A DNA stretch of 64,000 nucleotides, taken from the NCBI GenBank assembly GCA_017652285.1, contig JAGCBF010000345.1:8028-72027 (forward strand). Direction: 5' to 3'. The notes beneath the pieces are model-generated. The model did not search any database. It worked only from the letters and a program-made list of their open reading frames with translations, and was not told where the DNA came from. Shown piece after piece: positions 44,701 to 52,058 of the stretch; position 1 is the first letter of the stretch, and each line of letters opens with the position of its first letter. The translations under genes were made by a program, and so were the position numbers. The stretch comes from Atopobiaceae bacterium. Its GTDB lineage: Bacteria; Actinomycetota; Coriobacteriia; Coriobacteriales; Atopobiaceae.

Positions 44701-47111
44701 CGGCCGACGAGGGCAAGGTAAAGGTCGAGAACGCCGAGGGCGAGTTCCAGTCCGCCGACGCGGGCAAGGACAAGATGGTCGACATCAAGACCATCGTGCT
44801 CGGCCCCGCGGAGGGCGCCGACGAGGACGTGAGCGGCAACTACGAGCCCGTCGCCAAGGACCCGCACGTCTCCGCGACCATCAGGGCTCTCGAGGTCACC
44901 GTCACCGCCGACGACAAGAGCAAGATCTACGGCGAGGACGACCCCGAGCTCACCGCCACCATCACGCCCGCACTTGCCGAGGGCGACACGATCTCCTACA
45001 CGCTTAAGCGCTTCATGGGCGAAGACGCGGCGGAGTACGAGATTGGCTTCGACAACCCGCAGACGACGCAGGGCAACTATCACGTCACCTACGTGCCTGG
45101 CACCTTTACCATCAAGTCCAGGGATATCACGATTTCTGCCGAGGAGAAGACCAAGGTCTACGGCGAGGATGACCCCGAGCTTACCGTTGAGTACACGCTC
45201 AACAGCGAGGTCAAGTCCGGCACCACCGACGCCCTCGTCGGCGAAGACAAGATCGAGTACAAGATCGTGCGCGACGCCGCAGGCACGCCTGAGGGCGAAG
45301 AGGCCGAGATCTACGCCATCTACTTCGAGGGAACCGACCCCGAGCCCACACCCCTGAGGGAGAGCTACCAGGGCGGCGACAACGGCAAGAACTACCACAT
45401 CACCTACGTCGACAGCGTACTGGACGTCACCTCGCGTGAGATCACCATTACCGCCAACGACAAGACCAAGCTGTACGGTGAGAAGGATCCCGAGTTCACC
45501 GTTGAGTACAGCCTCGACAGCAAGGTCGAGTCCGGCAGCGAAAGCCCCGTCCTTGACGGCGACGCCATCGAATTCGAGGTCTCCCGCAACGGCGACCGCG
45601 GAGAAGAGGGCGGCTTCGAGTACACCATCGCCGTTACCGGCAAGGATCAGCAGCCTGGCCACGAGAACGGCTCGGCTCGTAACTACAAGGTCAACTTCGT
45701 AGACGGCACCCTCTCCATCCTGCGTCGCAAGGCAACTGTTACCGCCGATAACGCGGACAAGGTCTATGGCGAGAAGGACCCGGCATTTACCGCTACCGTC
45801 GATGGCACCATCAAGGGCGATACGCTTACCTACAAGTTCGAGCGCGAACAGGGCGAGGACGTGGGCAGCTACGAGCTCAAGCCCGTCGGCGAGGCCATCC
45901 AGGGCAGCTACGAGGTGACCTACCTCCCCGCGACCCTCACCATCACCCCCAAGACCGTCACCGTTCGTCCCGACGACCTGAGCAAGACCTACGGCGCGTC
46001 CGATCCTGTCCTTACCGCCACGGTCGAGGGCATCGTCGGCAGCGAAAAGCTCGAGTACACGCTGACCCGCAAGGCCGGCGAGAACGTCGGAACGTACGAG
46101 ATCACCGCCACCGGCGCCGCCGATCAGGGCAACTACCTGGTCGAGTACGCCAAGGGCACCTTCACCATCAACCGCAGGACCGTTACCGTAACCGCCAAGA
46201 ACGCCTCCAAGACCTACGGCCAGAAGGACCCCGAGTTCACTGCCAAGGTCAAGGGTCTGCTCAACGGCGATGAGGTAAGCTACGAGTTCCTGCGTCAGTC
46301 TGGCGAGGACGCGGGCAAGTACGCCATCGTCCCGTCTGGCAAGGCCATCCAGGGCAACTACGAGATCAACTACGTGGCTGGCACCCTCACCATCAAGCCC
46401 ATCAAGGTCACCGTGACCGCCAAGAACGCCTCCAAGTACTACGGCGAGAAGGACCCGACCCTCACCGCCAAGGTCACCGGCGCGACCAAGGGCGAGAGCG
46501 TGACCTACACCCTCAAGCGCGCCAAGGGCGAGTCCACGGGCACCTACACCATCGTCGCCTCCGGCAAGGAGATCCAGGGCAACTACCAGGTCACCTTCAA
46601 GAACGGCCAGTTCAAGATCGTGGACGTCAAGGAGCTGGCAGCTGACTACTCCGCGCACGTCCAGACCTTCGGCTGGACCCACACCACCAAGGACGGCGAC
46701 TACGCCGGCACCACCGGCCTCGCCAGGCGCATGGAGGCCATCACGGCCAAGATGGTCGCCAACCCCTACGCGGGCGGCATCCAGTACCGCGCGCACGTGC
46801 AGGGCACCGGCTGGCAGGGCTGGAAGAAGGACGGCGCCTACGCCGGCACCTGGGGCAAGTCGCTCCGGACCGAGGCGATCCAGATGAGGCTCTACGGCGA
46901 GGTCGCCAAGCACTACGACGTGTACTACCGCGTGCACGTACAGGGCTACGGCTGGATGAACTGGGCGAAGAACGGCGAGTCCGCCGGTAGCGTCGGCCAG
47001 AGCAGGCGCGCCGAGGCCTTCCAGATGGTCATCCTTCGCAAGGGCTCCGCGGCACCCAAGGCCAACTTCCGTGGCGTGCCCGTGACCTACGGGAAGAGCT
47101 TCGTGGGCTAA
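38790..47111 (+). CDS. Giant secreted adhesin-like protein (2773 aa): signal peptide, unique head, Ig-like modules, YDG-type and MBG-type repeats, three C-terminal ChW repeats
   Basis: The track ORF is 38736..47111. I prefer ATG 38790, which has AGAAGGGAG upstream. The signal peptide is MKTKLHLWARRAMAFWLSVVMAIGGVPAQAFA. There are about 13 repeats of the type VTVSGITAxDKxYDGxxxATL...GNY (YDG-like). There are about 12 of the type KxYGExDPxLT...GDxxxYxLxRxxGEDVGxYxI...QGNYxVxY..GTxTI (MBG-like). The tail HVQTFGWT, YRAHVQGTGWQGW, YRVHVQGYGWMNW is ChW-like. Confidence 0.93.
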   Translation: MKTKLHLWARRAMAFWLSVVMAIGGVPAQAFAEPGTWVPSTYTITYGDESGHTYSEVKITDNLRIQSKSVSEIAEYLTWPPGTCSGFPTIVPLAGCVFSIGMSGSGDADIGIGVGNPTTVTLPGYGRSIDPDTTTPDWKFTVTVNEQRSLKNAQVTAEDVAYTGQKADPAVSVTYGGTPLVEGVDYEVVVPEDAVDVGSYEVTVRPIEGSTTYKDEQTAAFNVTRVPVTVSGITANDKSYDGNEIATLDTTQAVFAGIADGDVLTVNVTGTFADAEPGEGKTVTFSPLTLGGEDAGNYYLVDGNQTTTKASITKKRVTVSGITAKDRAYSAGDTSAELDTGQARFDGLIGNDMLGVTGTGEFEDDAVGENKTVTIKDLALDPESARYELDADKSQKTTTASITALNDVAGASVTVGNYQYIGSQIRLGADKLTVKSGDKTLVAGTDFEVDPEGYGENRNVGTGTLTIKGKGGYVGTKDVEFNIIPRKVTVSGVKSGDKPYDGTSMAAINTEDAKIENIIATDEGKLTLTGTGYYADADGNETSQPNNTNVMYTLELAGDVAANYTLTNPEGVTAGKILPNEGAFEITVEDQVYTGQQIRPEGDAVVVKSGDKTLVAGTDYDITGYGNNVNVADGGTVTVMGKNGYQKSQEADFNILPLGVKVSGITAENKTYNAATNATLVFDDATLDGVIEADKGHVQVTAKGAFEDANAGDGKTVNISDLALTGDKAGNYALETEGQQDATTANITKRYVVVNGIKAEDKVYDGTTDASVVTKDATLDGKEQGDDLFVNATGSFESADPDDETPKTVTFSTLTLVGKDANNYTIDPDSETTTKAKIFKKEITVSGITAKDKVYDGNTDATLELDNLKIDGLVGNESVTLSGLTGAFENAEVGVNKTVNIDYAEAALDGTDKDHYKLNTDSSQKTTKATIYEKDAVPVIVKVRQVQNKVYDGNAYTNPEETRLDVEGAEGVTATGTYVFVNETGNADPNVGTNKRVIVADVTLQVDEQDTTKYYVDYDNSVLETKASITPKEVKVTAKDKSKVFGTADPVLEVEEEGLIEGDTIAYNKYRDAGEDVGTYTIHLDGAERQGNYKVTYTDATFTITAAAVTVSGIKAEDRVYDGTTDVTFVYDDVVIAGIADGADVSVVAEGAFRWKNANPDKTANITKLTLTGKDAKNYSLALTGNQTSTTANVFPAPVTFSGVTAEGKTYDGTPDATLVLDDVKLEGVVAGEESQVKLDVSGSFVNKNVYRKDGEPSNKRIYLDLEGAALTGSGAKNYVLDTESSQKTTSAVISPKEVTVTGLKAENKPYDGNDKASIDVSGAKFANGDVVAGDDVEVESAEGKFADAEVGTGKAVSLTEGSIKLKGADAGNYVPDGDSYKVNPPLTADIIGVEYRLEIDDKTKVYAEDEPELTAQLKDKDGKPVTDVELSYALTREAGQDAGDYAITAEATGDAKTETIGGVKYLLQGGYTVAIVEGTLTIARAEVTVTAKDATKVYGDDDPAYEATVEGLIDPDTPDAIEYEFEREEGEDVGDYVLTATGDETQGNYRVTFNPTSGQEGGDAHLTITPRTVSVSGITAADKVYDRTKAVALDATKATIDNVAGRDEGKADQLAVAAEGEFETANAGTDVKINLTKVELVGTNAKNYVLDAESSQTSTTANIWRKDATVKPADASKTYGDFDPVFTAQVDGLILGDYVHYDLSRNAGEDAGTYDINATGEWMQGNYLVTFEKATFTINKKAVTVDGIKGVDKVYDATTDADLDTTEATVHDLAFDDELTVTATGKFEDKDVKLEEGKPAAKKVEIDNITLVGAKAKNYEMAAEGQQAEAAATITPAPLKVAGITASDKVYDGDAKATLDVTAATFETVFDGDEVSVESATGAFASKNVRRDANDNVLVKRVDISEVRLGGADKDNYAVDPAEGVQTTANAKITPKQVTVGGITAEDKDYDGEVEATLKFDEATFDGLIAADEGKVKVENAEGEFQSADAGKDKMVDIKTIVLGPAEGADEDVSGNYEPVAKDPHVSATIRALEVTVTADDKSKIYGEDDPELTATITPALAEGDTISYTLKRFMGEDAAEYEIGFDNPQTTQGNYHVTYVPGTFTIKSRDITISAEEKTKVYGEDDPELTVEYTLNSEVKSGTTDALVGEDKIEYKIVRDAAGTPEGEEAEIYAIYFEGTDPEPTPLRESYQGGDNGKNYHITYVDSVLDVTSREITITANDKTKLYGEKDPEFTVEYSLDSKVESGSESPVLDGDAIEFEVSRNGDRGEEGGFEYTIAVTGKDQQPGHENGSARNYKVNFVDGTLSILRRKATVTADNADKVYGEKDPAFTATVDGTIKGDTLTYKFEREQGEDVGSYELKPVGEAIQGSYEVTYLPATLTITPKTVTVRPDDLSKTYGASDPVLTATVEGIVGSEKLEYTLTRKAGENVGTYEITATGAADQGNYLVEYAKGTFTINRRTVTVTAKNASKTYGQKDPEFTAKVKGLLNGDEVSYEFLRQSGEDAGKYAIVPSGKAIQGNYEINYVAGTLTIKPIKVTVTAKNASKYYGEKDPTLTAKVTGATKGESVTYTLKRAKGESTGTYTIVASGKEIQGNYQVTFKNGQFKIVDVKELAADYSAHVQTFGWTHTTKDGDYAGTTGLARRMEAITAKMVANPYAGGIQYRAHVQGTGWQGWKKDGAYAGTWGKSLRTEAIQMRLYGEVAKHYDVYYRVHVQGYGWMNWAKNGESAGSVGQSRRAEAFQMVILRKGSAAPKANFRGVPVTYGKSFVG

Positions 47112-47152
47112 GGAATCGCAGGGCATACCCCGCGGCAACCAGCTCGCAAGCA

Positions 47153-47184
47153 GGGGGACGGTCGAGAGGCCGTCCCCCTTTTTT
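47153..47184 (+). terminator. Rho-independent terminator of the giant adhesin gene
   Basis: gggggacgg - tcgagagg - ccgtccccc, followed by T6. Confidence 0.85.
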
Positions 47185-47284
47185 GTGCGGTTGGATGGGT
47201 TGGGCGGCCTGGCGGCTGGAGCCGCCGGCACGCCTCAGCCCGGGCACCTGGCCTTGACGCGACTCGGCCACTTCGGCGTACCAA

Positions 47285-47404
47285 AGTTCCTCATCTGCGT
47301 ACGCTTGGGCGAACAGCACGCAATTTCGGAACTTTACGCGCCCGTTTCGACCGCAAAGTTCCAAATCTGCGTGCACCTTGCCGGAGTGTACGCAGATTCG
47401 GACC
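47285..47404. repeat. Two A-type palindromic units, 72-bp phased
   Basis: 47285-47333 is agttcctcatctgcgtacgcttgggcgaacagcacgcaatttcggaact. 47357-47404 is agttccaaatctgcgtgcaccttgccggagtgtacgcagattcggacc. Both belong to the same family as 1899-2019. Confidence 0.8.
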
Positions 47405-47475
47405 TTAGCGTCGTCGCGGAGGGGCCCTTACGTACACATACGAGGAGGTTTCGGCCCGAGATAGACCAACAAAGT

Positions 47476-47504
47476 GGCCGATTGGGGCTAGGCCCCTTTC
47501 GGCC
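47476..47504 (-). repeat. REP-like hairpin (reverse orientation)
   Basis: ggccgattggggctaggcccctttcggcc. Confidence 0.85.
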
Positions 47505-47707
47505 AAGTGCAGGAGGGCAAGAATGTCCTTACGGAGAAGGGCGAGACGCGGAATGCGATACATTCCCGATGGACTAACTACATACTGCTTCTCTCGTTTA
47601 TGATTCCCACCGAAGCTTATAATGGTACGCGGCCGCCCGCGCGCAGACGGCAACCGGGCACGCACGGGTGACGGGGGATGGGTGACAGGGGGACGGACCT
47701 GCTGTCA

Positions 47708-47928
47708 CCTAAAAGTCTGTTTGGCGAGTATTCCTAGGTCGTAATTCCTACGAAAGTCCGTTTGGCGAGTGACCCTCGGACGAAATTCCTGCGAAAATCA
47801 ATTTGGCGAGCCAAGATTCCTGCGAAAACGCGTTTGGCGAGGTTTTTTCCTACAAAAGTCAATCTGGCGAGCCTCGCGAAACGCGATTTGTTAGGAAACG
47901 TCCCTCGTGAAATGGACTTTCGCAGGAA
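47708..47928. repeat. Array of seven copies of a ~26-bp motif ATTCCTRCGAAANNNNNTTTGGCGAG (five direct, two inverted)
   Basis: Direct copies end in tttggcgag or atctggcgag at 47728, 47769, 47810, 47841 and 47871. Inverted copies are ctcgcgaaacgcgatttgttaggaa (47873-47897) and ctcgtgaaatggactttcgcaggaa (47904-47928). Confidence 0.75.
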
Positions 47929-47955
47929 AATGGCCGAAGGGGGCATGGGCGAAAT

Positions 47956-48041
47956 GGCCGAAAGGGGCCAAGCCCCAATCGGCCACAGTGGCGAGAGGGG
48001 TCTGGGCGAAATGGCCGAAAGGGGCCTAGCCCCAATCGGCC
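47956..48041 (+). repeat. Two REP-like hairpins
   Basis: 47956-47984 has one mismatch. 48013-48041 is exact. A partial copy lies at 47932-47950. Confidence 0.85.
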
Positions 48042-48080
48042 ACAACCCAAATCGGCCGCGCGCGCCGAGGGTCGATCGGC

Positions 48081-48117
48081 AAAAAAACGCCCTGCCACTC
48101 GTGGGAGTGACAGGGCG
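48081..48117 (-). terminator. Rho-independent terminator of the HAD gene
   Basis: The minus strand reads cgccctgtcac - loop - gtggcagggcg (one mismatch), followed by T7. Confidence 0.75.
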
Positions 48118-48141
48118 CCTTCTTGTCGGTGCAAGTAATGC

Positions 48142-49353
48142 TTATGCGGCCTCGGCGACCTCGACCTCGGCCTTGGCGCCGGTGTAGGTGACGCCGTCGC
48201 CGTAGATGGTCTTCCAGTCGTTCTTCATGGACACGGGCACGTAGCCGTTATCCTCGCAGTCCTTGAGCATGGACTCGGCCTTCTCCGTGTTGCCGTTTTC
48301 GCGCTCAAGATCGTCGCAGCACAGCTGGAATGCGGCGCTCTTGTAGGTGGGGTTGCTCAGAGCGTAGTTGTCCATGGCAAAGTCGCCGGAGCTGTTGCCG
48401 AACGAAAGTACCGGCTGCTTGGCGACCTCGCGCTGGATGATGTAGCACTTGTTCTCCTTGAGGGTCTTCATAAGGAAGGTGCCGCCCGTTACGAGCTTCT
48501 CGTCCTGGCCAAAGGTGTAGTCCAGGCCGTCTGCGTCGCCCTGGTTGGAGCCCACAAGGGTCTCGTCGGAACCCATGACGTGATCGAGCGGGAGCTTGAT
48601 GGGGCAGGTATCTGCGCTAAAGATGCCGCGCATGATAAGACGGTCGGTGCCGGACATGACGTATACGTCAAAGTCGTTGGCCTGGAGGTACTGGACCACC
48701 TGCACCATGGGCTGATAAAAGCCGCCGCCGCGCTTCATGCCGGTGTAGCTGGGCATGTCGGTCTTCATGAACTCGTGCACGTAGTCGTAGAACTCGTCGA
48801 CGGTCATGCCCTTAAAGGCAGAGGCGATGCACTGGCCATGCTCCAGCGGCAGCTCGTCGTACTTGGTGCCGTTCTCGTTTTGGTCAATGATCTTGGCGGC
48901 GGTGGCCTTCTCGAAGTCAGAGGCCTTGTCGATGTAGTCGGGGTCTTGCGTTACGCGATACACGAGCATGGTGTAGTCAAAGTAGTTGGGGTCGGTCTCG
49001 CAAAAGAGCGTGCCGTCGAAGTCAAACGTGGCAATGCGGTCCTCCACGGGCACGAAGTCGGCCGAGGACTCGTCGGTTGCGGCCTCGACGTAGTCCACCA
49101 GCTTCTTCTTAAGCGGAGCGTCGTCGGACCAAAGGCTCAGGGGATCTTCTCCCTCAACCAGCGTGAGCTGGGCAGAGCCCTCGTTGGTCGAAGCCTCCGT
49201 GGCGGACGCATCCGCGCTGGCAGCCTCGGTGGTCGCGTCGTTGGCAGGTGCGCTGGGCTTGGTGGCGTACAGCACGGCCAGCACTGCGCAGGCACAAATC
49301 GCGACGATCGCCACGATGCGCCACGTACCTGCAGTTTTTTTCTCGCCTTCCAT
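48142..49353 (-). CDS. Membrane-anchored or secreted HAD-superfamily hydrolase (phosphatase-like)
   Basis: The track ORF is 48142..49413. I prefer ATG 49353, which has AAGAAAGG upstream. The TM/signal segment is WRIVAIVAICACAVLAVLY. HAD motif I is FDFDGTLF. The later motifs MSGTDR and FGNSSGDFAM are also present. Confidence 0.8.
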   Translation of the reverse strand: MEGEKKTAGTWRIVAIVAICACAVLAVLYATKPSAPANDATTEAASADASATEASTNEGSAQLTLVEGEDPLSLWSDDAPLKKKLVDYVEAATDESSADFVPVEDRIATFDFDGTLFCETDPNYFDYTMLVYRVTQDPDYIDKASDFEKATAAKIIDQNENGTKYDELPLEHGQCIASAFKGMTVDEFYDYVHEFMKTDMPSYTGMKRGGGFYQPMVQVVQYLQANDFDVYVMSGTDRLIMRGIFSADTCPIKLPLDHVMGSDETLVGSNQGDADGLDYTFGQDEKLVTGGTFLMKTLKENKCYIIQREVAKQPVLSFGNSSGDFAMDNYALSNPTYKSAAFQLCCDDLERENGNTEKAESMLKDCEDNGYVPVSMKNDWKTIYGDGVTYTGAKAEVEVAEAA

Positions 49354-49531
49354 ATACATCCTTTCTTTTGGCCTGCAAACGTACAATGCGCCCATTATAT
49401 GCTTCTGGTGCATGCTTCATTCATTTGCTACACATCATTTGGATGCGGCGGGCGCACGCCGTGTTGCGGGTCGTTGCGCTGGCAAATCCACTAAGGCGGG
49501 TACTCGTCGTGCTGCGGGTCGTTGTGTCTGG

Positions 49532-51322
49532 CTACTCCACCAAGTAGAGTTGGCCGCTAAACGGCGGGAGGGTGCAGACGATCTGGTTGTCTTTTAGCCT
49601 AAACCAACGGCACTCGTCCTTGGGCGTCGAGCCGGAGTACTGCTGCCAGTCCGTGTTGAGCAGCAGCCGCGCGCGACAGGCGTTTCCTAGGCGGACCACG
49701 TAGTCGGCTAGCTCGCCGCTGCCCAGGTTGAGCACGCACAGCATGCGTTCGCAGGCGCTGCGCCGCTCGAAGGCATAGACCACGTTGTTGGGATCTGCCA
49801 CCTGACGCCACGCAAAGCCATTGCCGCCGTAGTCGTTCGCCCACAGCGCGGGATGGTCCGCATACAGCGCGTTAAGGTCTGTGCAAAAGTGATAGAACGA
49901 GTCGTGCAGGGGGAATTGTCGCAGCGACCAGTCCTGTTCGCGGCACTCGTCCCATTCGCGCAGCTGAGCCAACTCCGAGCCCATAAAGTTAAGCTTTTTG
50001 CCGGGGTGCGCAAACATGTACAGGTACAGTGCCCGTGCCTGCGGAAACTTGAGGTCGTAGTCTCCCCACATCTTTTGGACGACGGTGGCCTTTTCGTGCA
50101 CGACCTCGTCGTGCGAAAGCGAGAGCAAAAAGCGCTCGCTGGCGTAATACATCATGGAGAAGGACAGCATGTGATAGTTGTCGCTGCGCTCCTTGGGCGG
50201 CGTGCGAAAGAAGTTGAGGGTGTCGTTCATCCAGCCCATGTCCCATTTGTAATGGAAGCCCAGTCCATTTTGGTCTAGGGGCTTGGTGATGCCTGGGTAG
50301 TCGGTGGAGTCTTCTGCAATGAGCATGGCGCCGCGGTTGAGGTAGCGCAGCCCGCCGTTCATGTTGCGCACGAACTCGACAGCCGGCTTGTTAATACCGC
50401 GGGTCTTGTCGCCCAGCTGGTACACGATGCGGCTGATGGCGTCCATGCGCAGGCCGTCAAAGTGATACGCGCCGAGCCAGTAGTTGGCCGCGCTTTGCAA
50501 GAACGACCGGACCTCGGGTCGTGCGTGGTCAAAGTTGTAGCTGCCCCACTCGCTTACGGCCAGGTCCTTGTCTGCTGGCTCGAACAGCGGCGTGCCGTCG
50601 TATGAGCCAAGACCGTAGGGGTCGGTGGCAAAGTGCACGGGCACGAAGTCCAAAATGGCGCCGATGCCCGCCACGTGCAGCGCGTCGACAAGCTCCATGA
50701 GCTGGCGCGCCGTGCCGTAGCGGCTGGTGGGCGAGAAGAACCCGGTTGGCTGATACCCCCACGACCCGTCGTAGGGGTGTTCCATGAGCGGCATGAACTC
50801 CACGTGCGTGTAACCGGCTTGCTTGAGGTAGGGAATGAGATGGTAGGCAAGATCGGCATAGGTGTACCAATCGCAGACGTCGGTGCTCTGGCGGTCGCCG
50901 CTGTGCTTGCGCCAGCTGCCTGCGTGCAACTCGTATATGTTGAGCGGCTCGTCAAAGCAGATGGTGCGGTGCGCCATCCATTGGTCGTCGTGCCAGTCAA
51001 AGCTCAGGTCGCGCACGATCGAGCGATAGGCAGGCCGCAGGTCCATGCCGTAGCCGTAGGGGTCGCAGTGCTCATGCGTGGTGCCGTCGTGGGTTATGAG
51101 GTAGGTGTACGGGTCGCCGGGGCCAAGCCCGGGGACGTGGGCCTGCCAAAAGCCGGGGTCATCCGTCCTGCGCATGGGCGTGTCGCCTGCGAGCGTACGC
51201 ACGGCAATGGCGCTTGCGGCCGGCGCGTACGTGCAAAAGGTCACGCCGTCGTCTACGATGTGCGCGCCGAGCCAGGTGTGAGCAAAGAACTCCGCCCCTG
51301 CGTGAAAATCAGCGATGTTCAT
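49532..51322 (-). CDS. glgB: 1,4-alpha-glucan branching enzyme (short GH13 form)
   Basis: GGGAGG lies upstream of the ATG. GH13 motifs are DFVPVHF, GLRMDAI, IAEDS and LSHDEV. 596 aa. Confidence 0.93.
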   Translation of the reverse strand: MNIADFHAGAEFFAHTWLGAHIVDDGVTFCTYAPAASAIAVRTLAGDTPMRRTDDPGFWQAHVPGLGPGDPYTYLITHDGTTHEHCDPYGYGMDLRPAYRSIVRDLSFDWHDDQWMAHRTICFDEPLNIYELHAGSWRKHSGDRQSTDVCDWYTYADLAYHLIPYLKQAGYTHVEFMPLMEHPYDGSWGYQPTGFFSPTSRYGTARQLMELVDALHVAGIGAILDFVPVHFATDPYGLGSYDGTPLFEPADKDLAVSEWGSYNFDHARPEVRSFLQSAANYWLGAYHFDGLRMDAISRIVYQLGDKTRGINKPAVEFVRNMNGGLRYLNRGAMLIAEDSTDYPGITKPLDQNGLGFHYKWDMGWMNDTLNFFRTPPKERSDNYHMLSFSMMYYASERFLLSLSHDEVVHEKATVVQKMWGDYDLKFPQARALYLYMFAHPGKKLNFMGSELAQLREWDECREQDWSLRQFPLHDSFYHFCTDLNALYADHPALWANDYGGNGFAWRQVADPNNVVYAFERRSACERMLCVLNLGSGELADYVVRLGNACRARLLLNTDWQQYSGSTPKDECRWFRLKDNQIVCTLPPFSGQLYLVE

Positions 51323-51372
51323 AGAGCCTCCCGCTTGCTTGGATGTAGCCGAAACATGGTACTACTAAAAAT

Positions 51373-51401
51373 GGCCGAAAGGGGCCTAGCCCCAATCGGC
51401 C
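51373..51401 (+). repeat. REP-like hairpin
   Basis: Exact consensus copy, followed by a partial copy cagccccaatgggcc. Confidence 0.85.
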
Positions 51402-51544
51402 ACACAGCCCCAATGGGCCACATAGGCCAACCAGCCTGGGGGGCCAAGTTTGCCGTTCGTGGCGGTGCAAGCTTGCGTTGATTGGTTTATGCTTGTCAAT
51501 GGTTAGCGCTGGTCACGCATTGGTAGCTCCGGAGGTTTGAGGAC

Positions 51545-52048
51545 ATGGCAGTGAATCCTTCTTCCATATTCAATACCAAGGCGGCGGAGAGGCTCCGTAG
51601 CCCCGACGATCTGGACAAGTACGTGCGGGTGACAAGGCCGAGCGTGTGGGTGGTGCTGGTCGCCTGCATCGCCCTGTTGGCGGGCCTGCTCGCGTGGGGG
51701 TTCCTTGGCACGGTGTCCACAAACGTGTCGGTAAGCGGAACGGTCCTGGAAGGCAGGGCGCTGTGCCTTTTGCCTCAACGAGAGACCGCGCAGATCGATG
51801 TGGGCGACGCGGCGTACGTGGGTGGAACCAAGATGCAGGTTGCCGTGGTCGAAAACGTGCCTCTTTCGCGCGATGAGGCCTACGAGCTGCTGGGAAGCGA
51901 CTACTTGGTGTCGACGCTCATGGAAGGGGACTGGGCCGTTCTTGTCGTCTTTGAAGGCGATGTGTCGGCGTTGGAAGAGCGGGTGCCGATTCCGGTGAGC
52001 ATCACCACCGAGCGCGTTGCGCCGCTGGCGCTTGTCTTTGGCGAGTAG
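51545..52048 (+). CDS. Short HlyD-like bacteriocin-system secretion (adaptor) protein
   Basis: GGAGG lies upstream of the ATG. The N-terminus FNTKAAERLRSPDDLDKYVRVTRPSVWVVLVACIALLAGLLAWGFLGTV matches the conserved start of NHLP/Nif11-type (NHLM) system secretion proteins. At 167 aa it has no room for a coiled-coil hairpin. Confidence 0.7.
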   Translation: MAVNPSSIFNTKAAERLRSPDDLDKYVRVTRPSVWVVLVACIALLAGLLAWGFLGTVSTNVSVSGTVLEGRALCLLPQRETAQIDVGDAAYVGGTKMQVAVVENVPLSRDEAYELLGSDYLVSTLMEGDWAVLVVFEGDVSALEERVPIPVSITTERVAPLALVFGE

Positions 52049-52058
52049 GAGGTGTCTG

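Noticed and set aside
41964-47231. 1755-aa ORF antisense to the giant adhesin. Similar long antisense ORFs occur at 39066..41630, 59173..61215, 61330..63921, 18248..20266, 16246..17823, 13365..14945, 52701..54227 and 54706..56217.
   Set aside because: These are shadow ORFs typical of high-GC DNA. Their translations are Arg/Gly/Val/His/Leu-rich low-complexity sequence without motifs. They lack SD-preceded starts. Each lies opposite a gene with unmistakable family signatures.
47708-47928. Possible CRISPR array (regularly spaced repeats)
   Set aside because: The repeat units are about 26 bp, but the intervening segments are only 5-15 bp and are themselves related. Two copies are inverted. No cas genes or leader are present in the window.
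51322-51545. Search for a bacteriocin/NHLP precursor ORF next to the export triad (also 56412-56518)
   Set aside because: Only trivial ORFs are present, e.g. MVLLKMAERGLA, which is REP-derived, and MLVNG. None has an SD plus a double-glycine leader. I therefore report the triad as lacking a local precursor rather than calling one.
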